From Candidatus Heimdallarchaeota archaeon (GTDB lineage: Archaea; Asgardarchaeota; Heimdallarchaeia; Hodarchaeales; Hodarchaeaceae), in contig CP070695.1 in assembly GCA_020353515.1 (NCBI GenBank), positions 821,057-885,056 of the forward strand: a DNA stretch of 64,000 nt, written 5' to 3'. The notes beneath the pieces are model-generated. The model was not told where the DNA came from. It ran no database searches and saw only the letters and a program-made list of their open reading frames with translations. A program made the position numbers and the translations under genes. Of this stretch, positions 29,257 to 38,603 are shown piece by piece (the first letter of the stretch is position 1; the number at the start of each line of letters is the position of its first letter).

Positions 29257-31359
29257 ATGGTTGATATTCCAAAACGAATTGAAAGATTAGAGGAGCTTGC
29301 AGAGAATCTCACATGGGTATGGAACCCAAAAGCCCGTGAACTATTTAAACGTCTTGATCATCCTCTATGGGTTTATACTTACCATAATCCTGTTCGTATG
29401 CTGCAAATCATACCAAATAAAAGGTTAGATGCAGCTGCTCAGAACCCAGCTTTCCTTAAACATTATGATGGCGTCATGCATAATTTTGATCGTGATCTAG
29501 ATTCAAAGGACACATGGTTCTCAAATAACTACCCTCATTTTTCTGGGGAAATAGCTTATGTTAGCACTGAATATGGATTACATCAATCCCTCCCAATTTA
29601 TTCAGGTGGTTTAGGAATCCTTAGCGGAGATCATGTTAAGGAAAGTAGTGATTTAGGAGTTCCACTCGTAGGAGTAGGATTCGTGTATCCCCAAGGGTAT
29701 TTTACTCAGTTATTGCCAAGAAATGGGTGGCAAGAAGCGCAATATAATTACTTGAAATTTAATCAAATACCAATTAATCCTATTATCAAAAATGAAGCTG
29801 AACAATTACATATAGAACTAAAGTTCCCTAAGCCAATTTTTTTGAGAGTCTGGAACCTCAAGGTTGGAAGAACCCCACTTTATCTTATGGACACTGATAT
29901 TGATAAAAATGAACCATGGAACCGAGGTCTTTCAGCACGACTTTATGGAGGAGACCAAGAAATGAGGATACGTCAGGAAATTGTTCTTGGTTTCGGGTCT
30001 GTAAGGATTCTTTCACAACTTGGGCATAATCCAGAAGTATATCACTGTAATGAGGGTCATACTGCGTTTGTCGGCCTTGAACTTCTTCGAAGGGAGATGA
30101 TTGAGAATGGAAAGAGCTTTGAAGAAGCAACTAAAATTGTACGAAATAAGATTATTTTCACGACTCATACTCCAGTAAAAGCTGGACACGATCAATTTCC
30201 TTTTGAATTAGTATCAAAGTACTTCCAAGATTATTGGGAAAATTTGGGGATCAATCGTGATAAATTTTTAGCTCTTGGAGCATTCGATTGGGGAGATGGC
30301 CAAGGTCCAAGGTTTAATATGACGGCACTTGGTATTAGGTTAAGCCGGTATCAAAATGCTGTCTCAAAGCTCAATTGTGAAATAAGTAACAAAATGTGGA
30401 ATGGCCTTTTTTCTACACCTGAATTTGAGAACCGATTACCGATCCAGTTCGTCACCAACGGGGTTCATATTCCCACATGGATTAGCAGATCATTTCAAGC
30501 TTTATATAAAAAGTATTTAGGTAAAAATTGGATTGATAGACACGATGATCCTGACATATTCGAGAAAATTGACAATATCCCAAATAGGGAACTTTGGGCT
30601 GCCCGAGAAGAAGCAAGGGATCGGATGTTTGTATTTTTACGTGAAAGAGCCCGTATTAAAAGAATAGATGAGAATAAAGATTCCCGTCAGACCTTAGTTG
30701 CTGGAGCTCTTCTTGATCCTCATGCTTTGACAATTGGGTTTGCAAGAAGATTTGCAACTTATAAACGAGCATTTTTAATCTTTCATGATATTGAAAGACT
30801 CCGTAAAAGTCTATTGGACCGTTATACCCCTATTCAAATTATTTTCGCAGGAAAGGCTCACCCTGCTGATGATCCCGGGAAGAATGTTCTTCAACAGATT
30901 TACCAAAAGGCGGTAGATCCATCAATAGGGGGTCGAGTAGCTTTCATCGAAGATTATGATATGCAGGTAGGAAGGTACTTAGTCCAAGGCTGTGATGTGT
31001 GGCTTAATACACCCCGAAAACCTTTTGAAGCATCAGGTACTTCAGGTATGAAAGCTGCTATCAATGGGTGCCTTAACTTCTCTATTCTAGACGGGTGGTG
31101 GCCCGAAGGATATGATGGAAGTAATGGCTGGACTATTGGAGGCCAAGAGCAAAATAATATTGAAGATCAAAACCAGTATGATGTTAATTCGTTTTATAGA
31201 ATTCTAGAGGAAGAAATACGACCGTTATTTTATGATAAAGATAGTGAAGGAATACCAACGGGGTGGTGTGAAGTCGTTCGAAATTCAATTAAAAGTATAA
31301 CACCCGCTTTCTCTGCCCGAAGAATGCTTAAAGAATATGTAAAAGGATATATTCCATGA
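29257..31359 (+). CDS. glgP: Alpha-glucan (glycogen/maltodextrin) phosphorylase
   Basis: YSGGLGILSGD, HCNEGH, TTHTP, VTNGVH, FARRFATYKR, EASGTSGMK (PLP Lys). Start at 29257 or 29242. Confidence 0.95.
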   Translation: MVDIPKRIERLEELAENLTWVWNPKARELFKRLDHPLWVYTYHNPVRMLQIIPNKRLDAAAQNPAFLKHYDGVMHNFDRDLDSKDTWFSNNYPHFSGEIAYVSTEYGLHQSLPIYSGGLGILSGDHVKESSDLGVPLVGVGFVYPQGYFTQLLPRNGWQEAQYNYLKFNQIPINPIIKNEAEQLHIELKFPKPIFLRVWNLKVGRTPLYLMDTDIDKNEPWNRGLSARLYGGDQEMRIRQEIVLGFGSVRILSQLGHNPEVYHCNEGHTAFVGLELLRREMIENGKSFEEATKIVRNKIIFTTHTPVKAGHDQFPFELVSKYFQDYWENLGINRDKFLALGAFDWGDGQGPRFNMTALGIRLSRYQNAVSKLNCEISNKMWNGLFSTPEFENRLPIQFVTNGVHIPTWISRSFQALYKKYLGKNWIDRHDDPDIFEKIDNIPNRELWAAREEARDRMFVFLRERARIKRIDENKDSRQTLVAGALLDPHALTIGFARRFATYKRAFLIFHDIERLRKSLLDRYTPIQIIFAGKAHPADDPGKNVLQQIYQKAVDPSIGGRVAFIEDYDMQVGRYLVQGCDVWLNTPRKPFEASGTSGMKAAINGCLNFSILDGWWPEGYDGSNGWTIGGQEQNNIEDQNQYDVNSFYRILEEEIRPLFYDKDSEGIPTGWCEVVRNSIKSITPAFSARRMLKEYVKGYIP

Positions 31360-31375
31360 AGAATGTCGTTCTCTT

Positions 31376-31978
31376 TTAACCAGTTAGCATCTTTTGAGCA
31401 TTCTCTTGCCAAGTTTTGATCTGCTTGTCACTTTTTCGGCCGATCATTGTTGCAATCTCCTGACTGTGTTTACTTAATAAATCCCCAATTGTTTTGATGT
31501 TGGTTGCAACTAATTTATCAAAAGCTGCCTTTCCAATTCCCTTCACTTCTGAAACAGAAGTTAATGTATTTATAGTCGGTGCTGCAACAGTTGGTTTCAC
31601 AGGTTCCGCTACTGGTTCTGGTATTGGTTCTGGTGGTTTTTCAACAGGTTTTATTTTTCCCTTGACTTTGATTGGAGGTTTAGGTACTGGTTTAGGTTTT
31701 TCCTTTTTAGGCTTAGTTTTTGGTTGTACTTTAAGAGAAGGCGCCTTTTGAAATAACTTTCCAGTTTCAATGCAAAGCCAAAGATGTTGTTGTTTAGATG
31801 GATCATCAGGAAGGTAATGATACCCAATATCATAAATAGCCCCAGGACACGATTCTTTGTGCAACGCTTTAGCCACTCGTTTTGTTTTTGGAATGTATTT
31901 CTTCACCCAATGCTTACCAATAATATAAGTGTCACCTGGTTTTCCTAGTGTGTGTTTCCACAACATTAATAATACCAC
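31376..31978 (-). CDS. Hypothetical protein with Pro/Lys-rich linker and C-terminal helix-hairpin-helix domain
   Basis: VSEVKGIGKAAFDKLVATNIKTIGDLL HhH motif. Confidence 0.7.
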   Translation of the reverse strand: MVLLMLWKHTLGKPGDTYIIGKHWVKKYIPKTKRVAKALHKESCPGAIYDIGYHYLPDDPSKQQHLWLCIETGKLFQKAPSLKVQPKTKPKKEKPKPVPKPPIKVKGKIKPVEKPPEPIPEPVAEPVKPTVAAPTINTLTSVSEVKGIGKAAFDKLVATNIKTIGDLLSKHSQEIATMIGRKSDKQIKTWQENAQKMLTG

Positions 31979-32115
31979 TTTTCGATTAAACTGTTTGAAG
32001 ACGAGTTTTCAAAAAAACTATAACAGTTTCTCTTAATCTAGGAACAAGACTCTTAAGAACTTAAATCGTGTGAAAATCTTACTAATAAGTTATCTAATGA
32101 ATGTGGTGATTATAA

Positions 32116-33105
32116 ATGCAAAGTAACGAGCAAAGAAAGAGAATTGGAGTATTCTGTAGTGGGGGTGATGCTCCAGGTATGAATGCTTGTTTGCGAGCTG
32201 TAGTACGAAGAGGTATTGCGAAAAAACTTAATATAATTGCAATCCACAGAGGATTTCAGGGTATTTTCGATGAAGCATTTGAGAAAATGACTCCCCGTTC
32301 TGTTGGAAATATTCTCCAACTAGGCGGAACTATCATAAAAACCGCAAGATGTAAGAAGTTTTATTCAATAGAGGGGGTATTAGAGGCAGTGACTATATTA
32401 AAAAAACACAGATTGGATGGATTAATAGCAATAGGGGGAGATGGAACATTTCGTGGTTTATTAGAATTAAAAAAACTTTGGGATGGCCAAGTCATAGGGA
32501 TTCCAGGAACAATCGATAATGATATTTTTGGCACAGATTATACTATTGGTTATGACACTGCAATCGATACTGTTATTCAAATGCTTGATCGAATCAGAGA
32601 TACAGCAGAGTCACATGAACGTGCATTTGTTGTTGAAGTTATGGGACGTCATACAGGTTTTATCGCTCTCAAGGTGGGGATAGGATGTGGAGCTGAGGAG
32701 GTATTGATCCCAGAACATACTATTGATTTAGAAACTGTAGCTAGGCGTGTAAAGGTAGCTCAGAAACGAGGGAAAAAAAGTATTATCATCATAGTAGCGG
32801 AAGGGGTAAGTAAAGGTAACATTTTTGATTTTTGTAATCGTTTAACTACCCAAAAAGGATTGGAATTTCAAACACACATATCTATTTTAGGCCACGTACA
32901 ACGTGGAGGGTCACCAAGCGCTCTTGACCGATGGCTGGCAACACGACTTGGTGCATTCGCCGTCGACTGTGTTTTAAAAGGGGATACAGGAATTATGGTG
33001 GGTGAACAGAATCTCCAATTAGTAAAAATTCCCCTTGAGGATACACAAAAGAAAAAACCCATTGATTCCTATGCTTATGAAATAATTCACGATCTTGCGA
33101 TTTAA
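32116..33105 (+). CDS. pfkA: ATP-dependent 6-phosphofructokinase (PfkA family)
   Basis: SGGDAPGMNA, GGTIIKTARC, IGGDGT, PGTIDND, EVMGR, LGHVQRGG. Gly at both ATP/PPi-discriminating positions. Confidence 0.93.
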   Translation: MQSNEQRKRIGVFCSGGDAPGMNACLRAVVRRGIAKKLNIIAIHRGFQGIFDEAFEKMTPRSVGNILQLGGTIIKTARCKKFYSIEGVLEAVTILKKHRLDGLIAIGGDGTFRGLLELKKLWDGQVIGIPGTIDNDIFGTDYTIGYDTAIDTVIQMLDRIRDTAESHERAFVVEVMGRHTGFIALKVGIGCGAEEVLIPEHTIDLETVARRVKVAQKRGKKSIIIIVAEGVSKGNIFDFCNRLTTQKGLEFQTHISILGHVQRGGSPSALDRWLATRLGAFAVDCVLKGDTGIMVGEQNLQLVKIPLEDTQKKKPIDSYAYEIIHDLAI

Positions 33106-33138
33106 TGGTTAAAGAACAGTAAAAAGAGGTCACTTTAC

Positions 33139-34272
33139 ATGTGTGATACTTTCGTTGCACTCGGATCAGCTACTATTGATGGTAAGGTGATTTTTGGAAA
33201 AAATAGTGACAGACCATATCTAGAAAAACAAACAATTGTGTATTTCCCAAGAAAACAATATACAGATGAAACTGTTCTTAAATGTACTCACATCTCCATC
33301 CCACAAGTCGAGGAAACACATGCAGTTTTACTTTCAAAACCTAGTTGGATGTGGGGGGCAGAGATGGGAGCTAATGAAAAGAATGTCGTAATTGGCAATG
33401 AAGCCATATTCGACACAAAAGAACCTTTAGGACCCCCTTCATTAATTGGAATGGACTTAGTTCGTCTCGCTCTCGAGCGATCTTCAACCACTATTCAGGC
33501 TGTCCACATTATTTGCGAATTGCTAGAGACATACAATCAAGGAGGAGCATGCGCGGAAGATGATCCGACGTTAATGTACCATAATTCCTTTCTCATAGCA
33601 GATTCTAATGAAGCCTGGGTTCTAGAAACCGCAGGGAAGTGGTGGATTGCTCAACAGATTAAAGACGGATTTAGAAATATCTCAAATTCTTTGTCAATTC
33701 GATCAGAATATACTCTTGCCAAAGAAGGGATTGTAGATTATGTCCTTGATAAAGACTATTGTGACAACCGTGGAGAGTTTAATTTTGCAAAATGCTTTAC
33801 TAAAGGTTTTTATCAAACCCCTTCAAGATATTCACGGGAAGGTTGGGGAAATTATCTTTTACAATTAAATTCTGGAAACATTGGTCCAAAAATTATGATG
33901 GAGATCCTCCGTGATCATTATGGGGGTATCTGTATGCATGGGGCCTTCCGAACGACCGCTTCTCAGGTTTCTTATCTTTCGAGAAAGAATACTATTCATT
34001 GGATGACAGGATCACCACACCCATGTGTTAGTTTCTTTAAACCATTTGTTGTTCCAAGGCAAAATCAACCTATAGAAATTGACATCTTTTCACAAAGAGA
34101 TAATCTCAATCTATTAGAAAAACAGGCTATAATTCAGGAACTACATTCTTTCGAGCAAGAATTAATCCAATCTATTCAAAATATAATCCAGACCGATAAT
34201 TGGTTAATGAAAGATATTCAGACTCTCACCCAGGAAGCTCTAAAGCGTGAGTATTCATTAATTTCGGCGTGA
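33139..34272 (+). CDS. C69-family dipeptidase / secernin-like Ntn hydrolase
   Basis: N-terminal MCDTFVAL, FGKNSDR, WMWGAEMGANE, GMDLVRLALER. Confidence 0.9.
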   Translation: MCDTFVALGSATIDGKVIFGKNSDRPYLEKQTIVYFPRKQYTDETVLKCTHISIPQVEETHAVLLSKPSWMWGAEMGANEKNVVIGNEAIFDTKEPLGPPSLIGMDLVRLALERSSTTIQAVHIICELLETYNQGGACAEDDPTLMYHNSFLIADSNEAWVLETAGKWWIAQQIKDGFRNISNSLSIRSEYTLAKEGIVDYVLDKDYCDNRGEFNFAKCFTKGFYQTPSRYSREGWGNYLLQLNSGNIGPKIMMEILRDHYGGICMHGAFRTTASQVSYLSRKNTIHWMTGSPHPCVSFFKPFVVPRQNQPIEIDIFSQRDNLNLLEKQAIIQELHSFEQELIQSIQNIIQTDNWLMKDIQTLTQEALKREYSLISA

Positions 34273-34521
34273 TGGGTGATTATTGCTTCTATTTGTTTGG
34301 ATCAACTAAATTTCTCTTTTAACCGAGACAATATAAATGGTGAGGACCATCAAACTCGTTTCTTAATGTGTTTACTTGAAAATTCATTGTAAAAACTTCT
34401 TAATTCACTTGACTTAATAGCTACTTTGAAGAGGTTTATTCAGAAATTTTTTTTATGAAAGGCTTTTTTCTGATTATTATAAAAAAAAAATAGATTCCCA
34501 TATCATTATTCAAATGCATTT

Positions 34522-35703
34522 TTGGAGATACCATTGGAACACGTTAAAAGGCAAAATTTGTCGTCTTTTTATTCGGCTTTCAATCTCCTAGAAAAAACAG
34601 CGAAAAGAACGGTAAATTCGATAAATGAAAATCCTCCTTGCCTTGTAGAATTTTGTAAAACACTTGAAGAAGCGAAAGAGAAAGACAAGAGGATACATCT
34701 CGTGGGGATGGGTAGATCAGGAAAAGTAGGTATGTTATTAGGGGAATTATTAAAAAATGTAGGTTATAAAGTCTCATATTTAGGTAAAAGTCTTGCCAAA
34801 CCAGTCCGAAGAGATGATGTAGTTATTGGTATCACTGGTTCAGGATGGACTAGCTTCACGATAAATACCTTACAGGAATCAATTAGTAGAGGCGCAAAAA
34901 TTTTAGTTTTCACTGGTGACCAGCATTCTCTTGCAGCAAGATTAGCAGATTCAATTATTCTTATCCCACGGGGATATGTGAAGGAAAAGTTCGCTCCTGT
35001 TTCTCATGCTGCCTTAACACCTGTTTCTCACGCACCTCTTACCCCACTTGGCACAGTATTTGAAATGACATCTATGTGTATTGGTATTGGTGTAATTTTA
35101 GGACTCCGAGACGACTCATCTGTTAAAGGGTTTAATGAAAGTGTAAATGAAGTTTTAAGAGCAGCAGAAATGACTTTAGACAATATTAAGAGAAACGAAC
35201 AACCTTTACTGCAGTTTGTCACTCTCCTTGAAAGTTATTCCAGCCAATCAGGTAAAATGCTATTTGTCTATGGTAGTGGCCTAGATTCAATTATCGCAAG
35301 TATTTCCTCTATTAGATTAAGTCATCTAAGAATTAATTGTAAATCAAATTATGATTGGAGATTCAGAGGGAAAAAAGACTTACTTATTGGAATCTCGGGT
35401 TCAGGTGTATCCACAAGTACTTTAGAACGTGTTGAAAGTGCGAAATCCGCCCATATGCGCATAGTTGGGTTAACATCTTTTTCAGAATCAGAATTAGCTA
35501 GAAAATCAGATATTTTTCTCCCTATTGAGGGAAGAACAGAAAAGATAAGTGCTGATTTACATCAAATATCGAATCTTAGCTTCTTAATTCCTTCATTTGA
35601 ATACGCGGCCGCAATTACTTTAGATTCATGTGTTGCTCAATTAGCAATGGATCTAGGCATTAGTGAGAGAGAAATGAAAGAAGAGCATGCGAATATTGAA
35701 TGA
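34522..35703 (+). CDS. phi: 6-phospho-3-hexuloisomerase, internally duplicated (two SIS domains)
   Basis: Domain 1: GMGRSG, ITGSG, PLGTVFE. Domain 2: RLSHL, ISGSG, C-terminal EMKEEHANIE. Confidence 0.85.
   Translation: MEIPLEHVKRQNLSSFYSAFNLLEKTAKRTVNSINENPPCLVEFCKTLEEAKEKDKRIHLVGMGRSGKVGMLLGELLKNVGYKVSYLGKSLAKPVRRDDVVIGITGSGWTSFTINTLQESISRGAKILVFTGDQHSLAARLADSIILIPRGYVKEKFAPVSHAALTPVSHAPLTPLGTVFEMTSMCIGIGVILGLRDDSSVKGFNESVNEVLRAAEMTLDNIKRNEQPLLQFVTLLESYSSQSGKMLFVYGSGLDSIIASISSIRLSHLRINCKSNYDWRFRGKKDLLIGISGSGVSTSTLERVESAKSAHMRIVGLTSFSESELARKSDIFLPIEGRTEKISADLHQISNLSFLIPSFEYAAAITLDSCVAQLAMDLGISEREMKEEHANIE
34996..35043 (+). repeat. Imperfect 24-bp in-frame tandem duplication (PVSHAALT/PVSHAPLT)
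   Basis: cctgtttctcatgctgccttaaca followed by cctgtttctcacgcacctcttacc. Confidence 0.8.
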
Positions 35704-35705
35704 TT

Positions 35706-36005
35706 TCAGAGTCCAAGCTTAAAAAATCCACCTGCGATTAGTGGAAAAATGGACACCTCACAGTCGTGACTTAAGCTAGTATCTAATCCCTCCAGAGCAA
35801 GTATATTTCGTCCATCAATAAGAATTGTAAATCCTTTTTTTAATTCTTCATTTTCTAAAAAGAAAGAACTTCCTTTTTTACCAGATTTCGATTGAAAAAA
35901 GTCGAAAATCTGCCTCAATTCTATAGGTTCCTTAATAACAATATTATGAGTTTCTCCAAATTCCAATTGTAAAATGGCAAAAAAAATGAGCCTTATTGTA
36001 ATCAT
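35706..36005 (-). CDS. moaD: MoaD/SAMP ubiquitin-like sulfur carrier with a 6-residue extension after GG
   Basis: IRLIFFA...ILIDGRNI...LDT.L....VSIFPLIAGG-FFKLGL; 4-bp overlap with the AOR-HPS stop. Confidence 0.85.
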   Translation of the reverse strand: MITIRLIFFAILQLEFGETHNIVIKEPIELRQIFDFFQSKSGKKGSSFFLENEELKKGFTILIDGRNILALEGLDTSLSHDCEVSIFPLIAGGFFKLGL

Positions 36006-38455
36006 TGGTCTTTACTCGTCAAAATTACATTTTTAAGATGTAGAGTTGCTTGTTGTGGATTAGCTGACCTTGTAATTGCTGAACCTACAATGATGATATC
36101 AGCACCACATTCGATAGCTTTCGGAATGGTTTCCGCTTTCAGTCCACCCGCTACTGCAATTGGAATCTTGATAATCTCTCTTAATCTTTTTAATGTGGGA
36201 AAAGGAATTTTATCAAAATCTGATCGCAGTTGTTGATCTATACCTATGTGTAATCCAATAATATCCACACCAAGCTTTTCCAAATCAATGGCTCGGTTAA
36301 TAGGATCCTTTATCCCAATTAAATCGGCGAAAATTTTGACTCCAAATTTTTTTCCTGCCCCAACAGCATCTTTAATGGTACTATCTGGAGCTATACCTAA
36401 AATACATACAATATCAGCACCAGCTAACGCAGCCATCTCTGTTTCTAAATAGCTCGCATCCATTGTCTTAAGGTCAGCAACAATTGTTTTGTGAGGAAAG
36501 AGCTGACGTAATTTACTAACTGATTCTATACCAGTTGCTTTAATTAAAGGGGTGCCCGCTTCAATCCAGTCCACGCCTCCCAAAGCACTTTTCTGAGCTA
36601 TTTTAAGGGCTTCATCCAGATCGCGAAGATCTAAAGCAATTTGAAGTTTTGTATGAGTTTTAATAGGTTGAATATTAAGCTCTCCTAATTTTCGATCTGA
36701 AGGGATTCCTAAATCTCCCCAGCCTCTGATATTATAATATTCTTTTAAAAGACCATTAATATTAAGGGTGTGACCCTTAGCTGGTCCTTCAGGTAACGAT
36801 TCTTTTTGAAATCTTGAAGGGAGGACATCATTTTCTTTTGTCAATCCTTCTCGAATATTAAACAAGCGTTCTAAATTGTAAATTCTTTCTCCAATTTTCC
36901 TGAACTCATCCTCATCAATATAAAAACCAGTAGCGGTAGTTAAAAGCTTCGCATAAATTTCGACTTCGCACTTAAACGTTGAGAATACAGCCATTGCAGT
37001 GAATTTACACCATTCAGCAGAATCGAGAGCAGCAAATACATCCTGCAAATTTTTGACTAGATTCGCTTTTTCCTCTTCTGCAAAGGGGTCGACAAAATGG
37101 GGTAAGCTTAATACTTCTTGAATAACAGTGTAAGCTTTTAAATGGGTTCCCCCACTATTGGAGGTGACGTAGCTAAGTGCCATGCCCTTTATTCCTCTTG
37201 GATCATAAGCAGGTAATTCCAAGCCTTTAACATGGCATGCAAACTTTGTTGTTTCCTTACCAATTTGATTAGCGGCATTTCTTACTCCGTTTGCCAATAA
37301 GTCACCTTCATTCCTTCGATAAGCAATATTTTCTATTAATGAAAGAAGCGCTTGACCATCACCAAATGGTATAGCGTTAGGAATGATTTTTTTTTCACTA
37401 CATTCCATAAACCATCCAATAACGTTTCCAGTAGAAATAGTATCTAATCCTAGCTTGTTACAAAGCGAATTAGCTTTAAATATAGTCTCAAGATCGCTTA
37501 TACCGCAATTAGGACCTAGAGCCCATAATGATTCATATTCAGGACCTTGTGTTTCTATCTCCTTGTATTTCATGATCCTCCCGCAAGCAATAGGACAGCC
37601 TCGGCAAGGTTCTTTCTTCACTAAGTATTCCCTAAGTGTTTCACCTGCAATTTGACGTACATCATCAAAAATACCAGTACTGAAGTTTTTAACAGGAAGT
37701 ACACCGTGCTTATTTACAATGTTAACAAGAATAGGAGTTCCATAAAGTCCCATTCCAGTTCCTGTCACAGGGTGCCCCTTTAAGATCTCTAAAAACTTTT
37801 TATTAACCTTCCGAAACGCGTGTTGGTTAACAGGGACGACTTTTCCATTTCCTCGAACTACAACAGCTTTAAGCTTTTTTGAACCCCAAACAGCTCCAAT
37901 ACCTCCTCTCCCTGCAGTTCTTGTTCCATTGATTACGCAGGCAAAATGAACTAGATTTTCCCCTGCAGGACCTATAGCTGCAACAGAATGACCACTGTGA
38001 CGCTTTTTTAGTAATCCTTCTGTTTCATCGATAGTTTTCCCCCATAGATTCGTGGCATCTTGAATTAAAACGTTCTTTGCATTTATTAAAAGATAAACAG
38101 GGGTATCAGACGCATCCTCGATAATAATACCATCATAACCTGCTCGTTTTATCTCAATCCCTAGTCTTCCCCCACAATGAGTATCATTAAGGGTTCGTTC
38201 TGTGAGTGGACTCTTGAAAACCATACACCACCTCGAAGTAGTAGGAGATGTTGTTCCTGTCATTGGCCCTGTCATAATGACAACTTTATTATCTGCGCTT
38301 AACGGATTAATCCCTGATTTAAGCTCGTCATACAAAATTTTAACGCCATACCCTCTTCCTCCAAGGTATTCTTGAGCGATATCAAGGTTTATTGGTTCTC
38401 TTTTGATCTCTTTTGTCTTTAAATTAACTCTCAGAATATGATTAGCGTAGGTCAC
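36002..38455 (-). CDS. Aldehyde:ferredoxin oxidoreductase (W/Mo-pterin AOR family) fused to C-terminal 3-hexulose-6-phosphate synthase
   Basis: AOR (aa ~1-600): GRGGIGAVWGSKKLKA, CRGCPIAC, GPEYE, GLDTIS, KGLELPAYDPRG, WCKF, YYNIRGW. HPS (aa ~603-817): LQIALD, IEAGTPLIK, VADLKTMDA, HIGIDQQ, AVAGG, IVGSAIT. Confidence 0.92.
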   Translation of the reverse strand: MTYANHILRVNLKTKEIKREPINLDIAQEYLGGRGYGVKILYDELKSGINPLSADNKVVIMTGPMTGTTSPTTSRWCMVFKSPLTERTLNDTHCGGRLGIEIKRAGYDGIIIEDASDTPVYLLINAKNVLIQDATNLWGKTIDETEGLLKKRHSGHSVAAIGPAGENLVHFACVINGTRTAGRGGIGAVWGSKKLKAVVVRGNGKVVPVNQHAFRKVNKKFLEILKGHPVTGTGMGLYGTPILVNIVNKHGVLPVKNFSTGIFDDVRQIAGETLREYLVKKEPCRGCPIACGRIMKYKEIETQGPEYESLWALGPNCGISDLETIFKANSLCNKLGLDTISTGNVIGWFMECSEKKIIPNAIPFGDGQALLSLIENIAYRRNEGDLLANGVRNAANQIGKETTKFACHVKGLELPAYDPRGIKGMALSYVTSNSGGTHLKAYTVIQEVLSLPHFVDPFAEEEKANLVKNLQDVFAALDSAEWCKFTAMAVFSTFKCEVEIYAKLLTTATGFYIDEDEFRKIGERIYNLERLFNIREGLTKENDVLPSRFQKESLPEGPAKGHTLNINGLLKEYYNIRGWGDLGIPSDRKLGELNIQPIKTHTKLQIALDLRDLDEALKIAQKSALGGVDWIEAGTPLIKATGIESVSKLRQLFPHKTIVADLKTMDASYLETEMAALAGADIVCILGIAPDSTIKDAVGAGKKFGVKIFADLIGIKDPINRAIDLEKLGVDIIGLHIGIDQQLRSDFDKIPFPTLKRLREIIKIPIAVAGGLKAETIPKAIECGADIIIVGSAITRSANPQQATLHLKNVILTSKDQ

Positions 38456-38603
38456 AATCTTAACCAGCTCTCAGGGCGATTTTACTCTTCACGATTTCTG
38501 ATAACAGCTGCTTATGATGGTTTTACATTTTTTTCCACAACAATAATTCCTTTAATTCCCTCTAAAAATACGTGTTTAAATCTTGAATCTATGAGGCTTA
38601 TTT

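Noticed and set aside
36002-36655. C-terminal domain as OMP decarboxylase (pyrF)
   Set aside because: Same fold, but IEAGTPLIK, DLKTMDA, HxGxDxQ and the neighbouring PHI indicate HPS.
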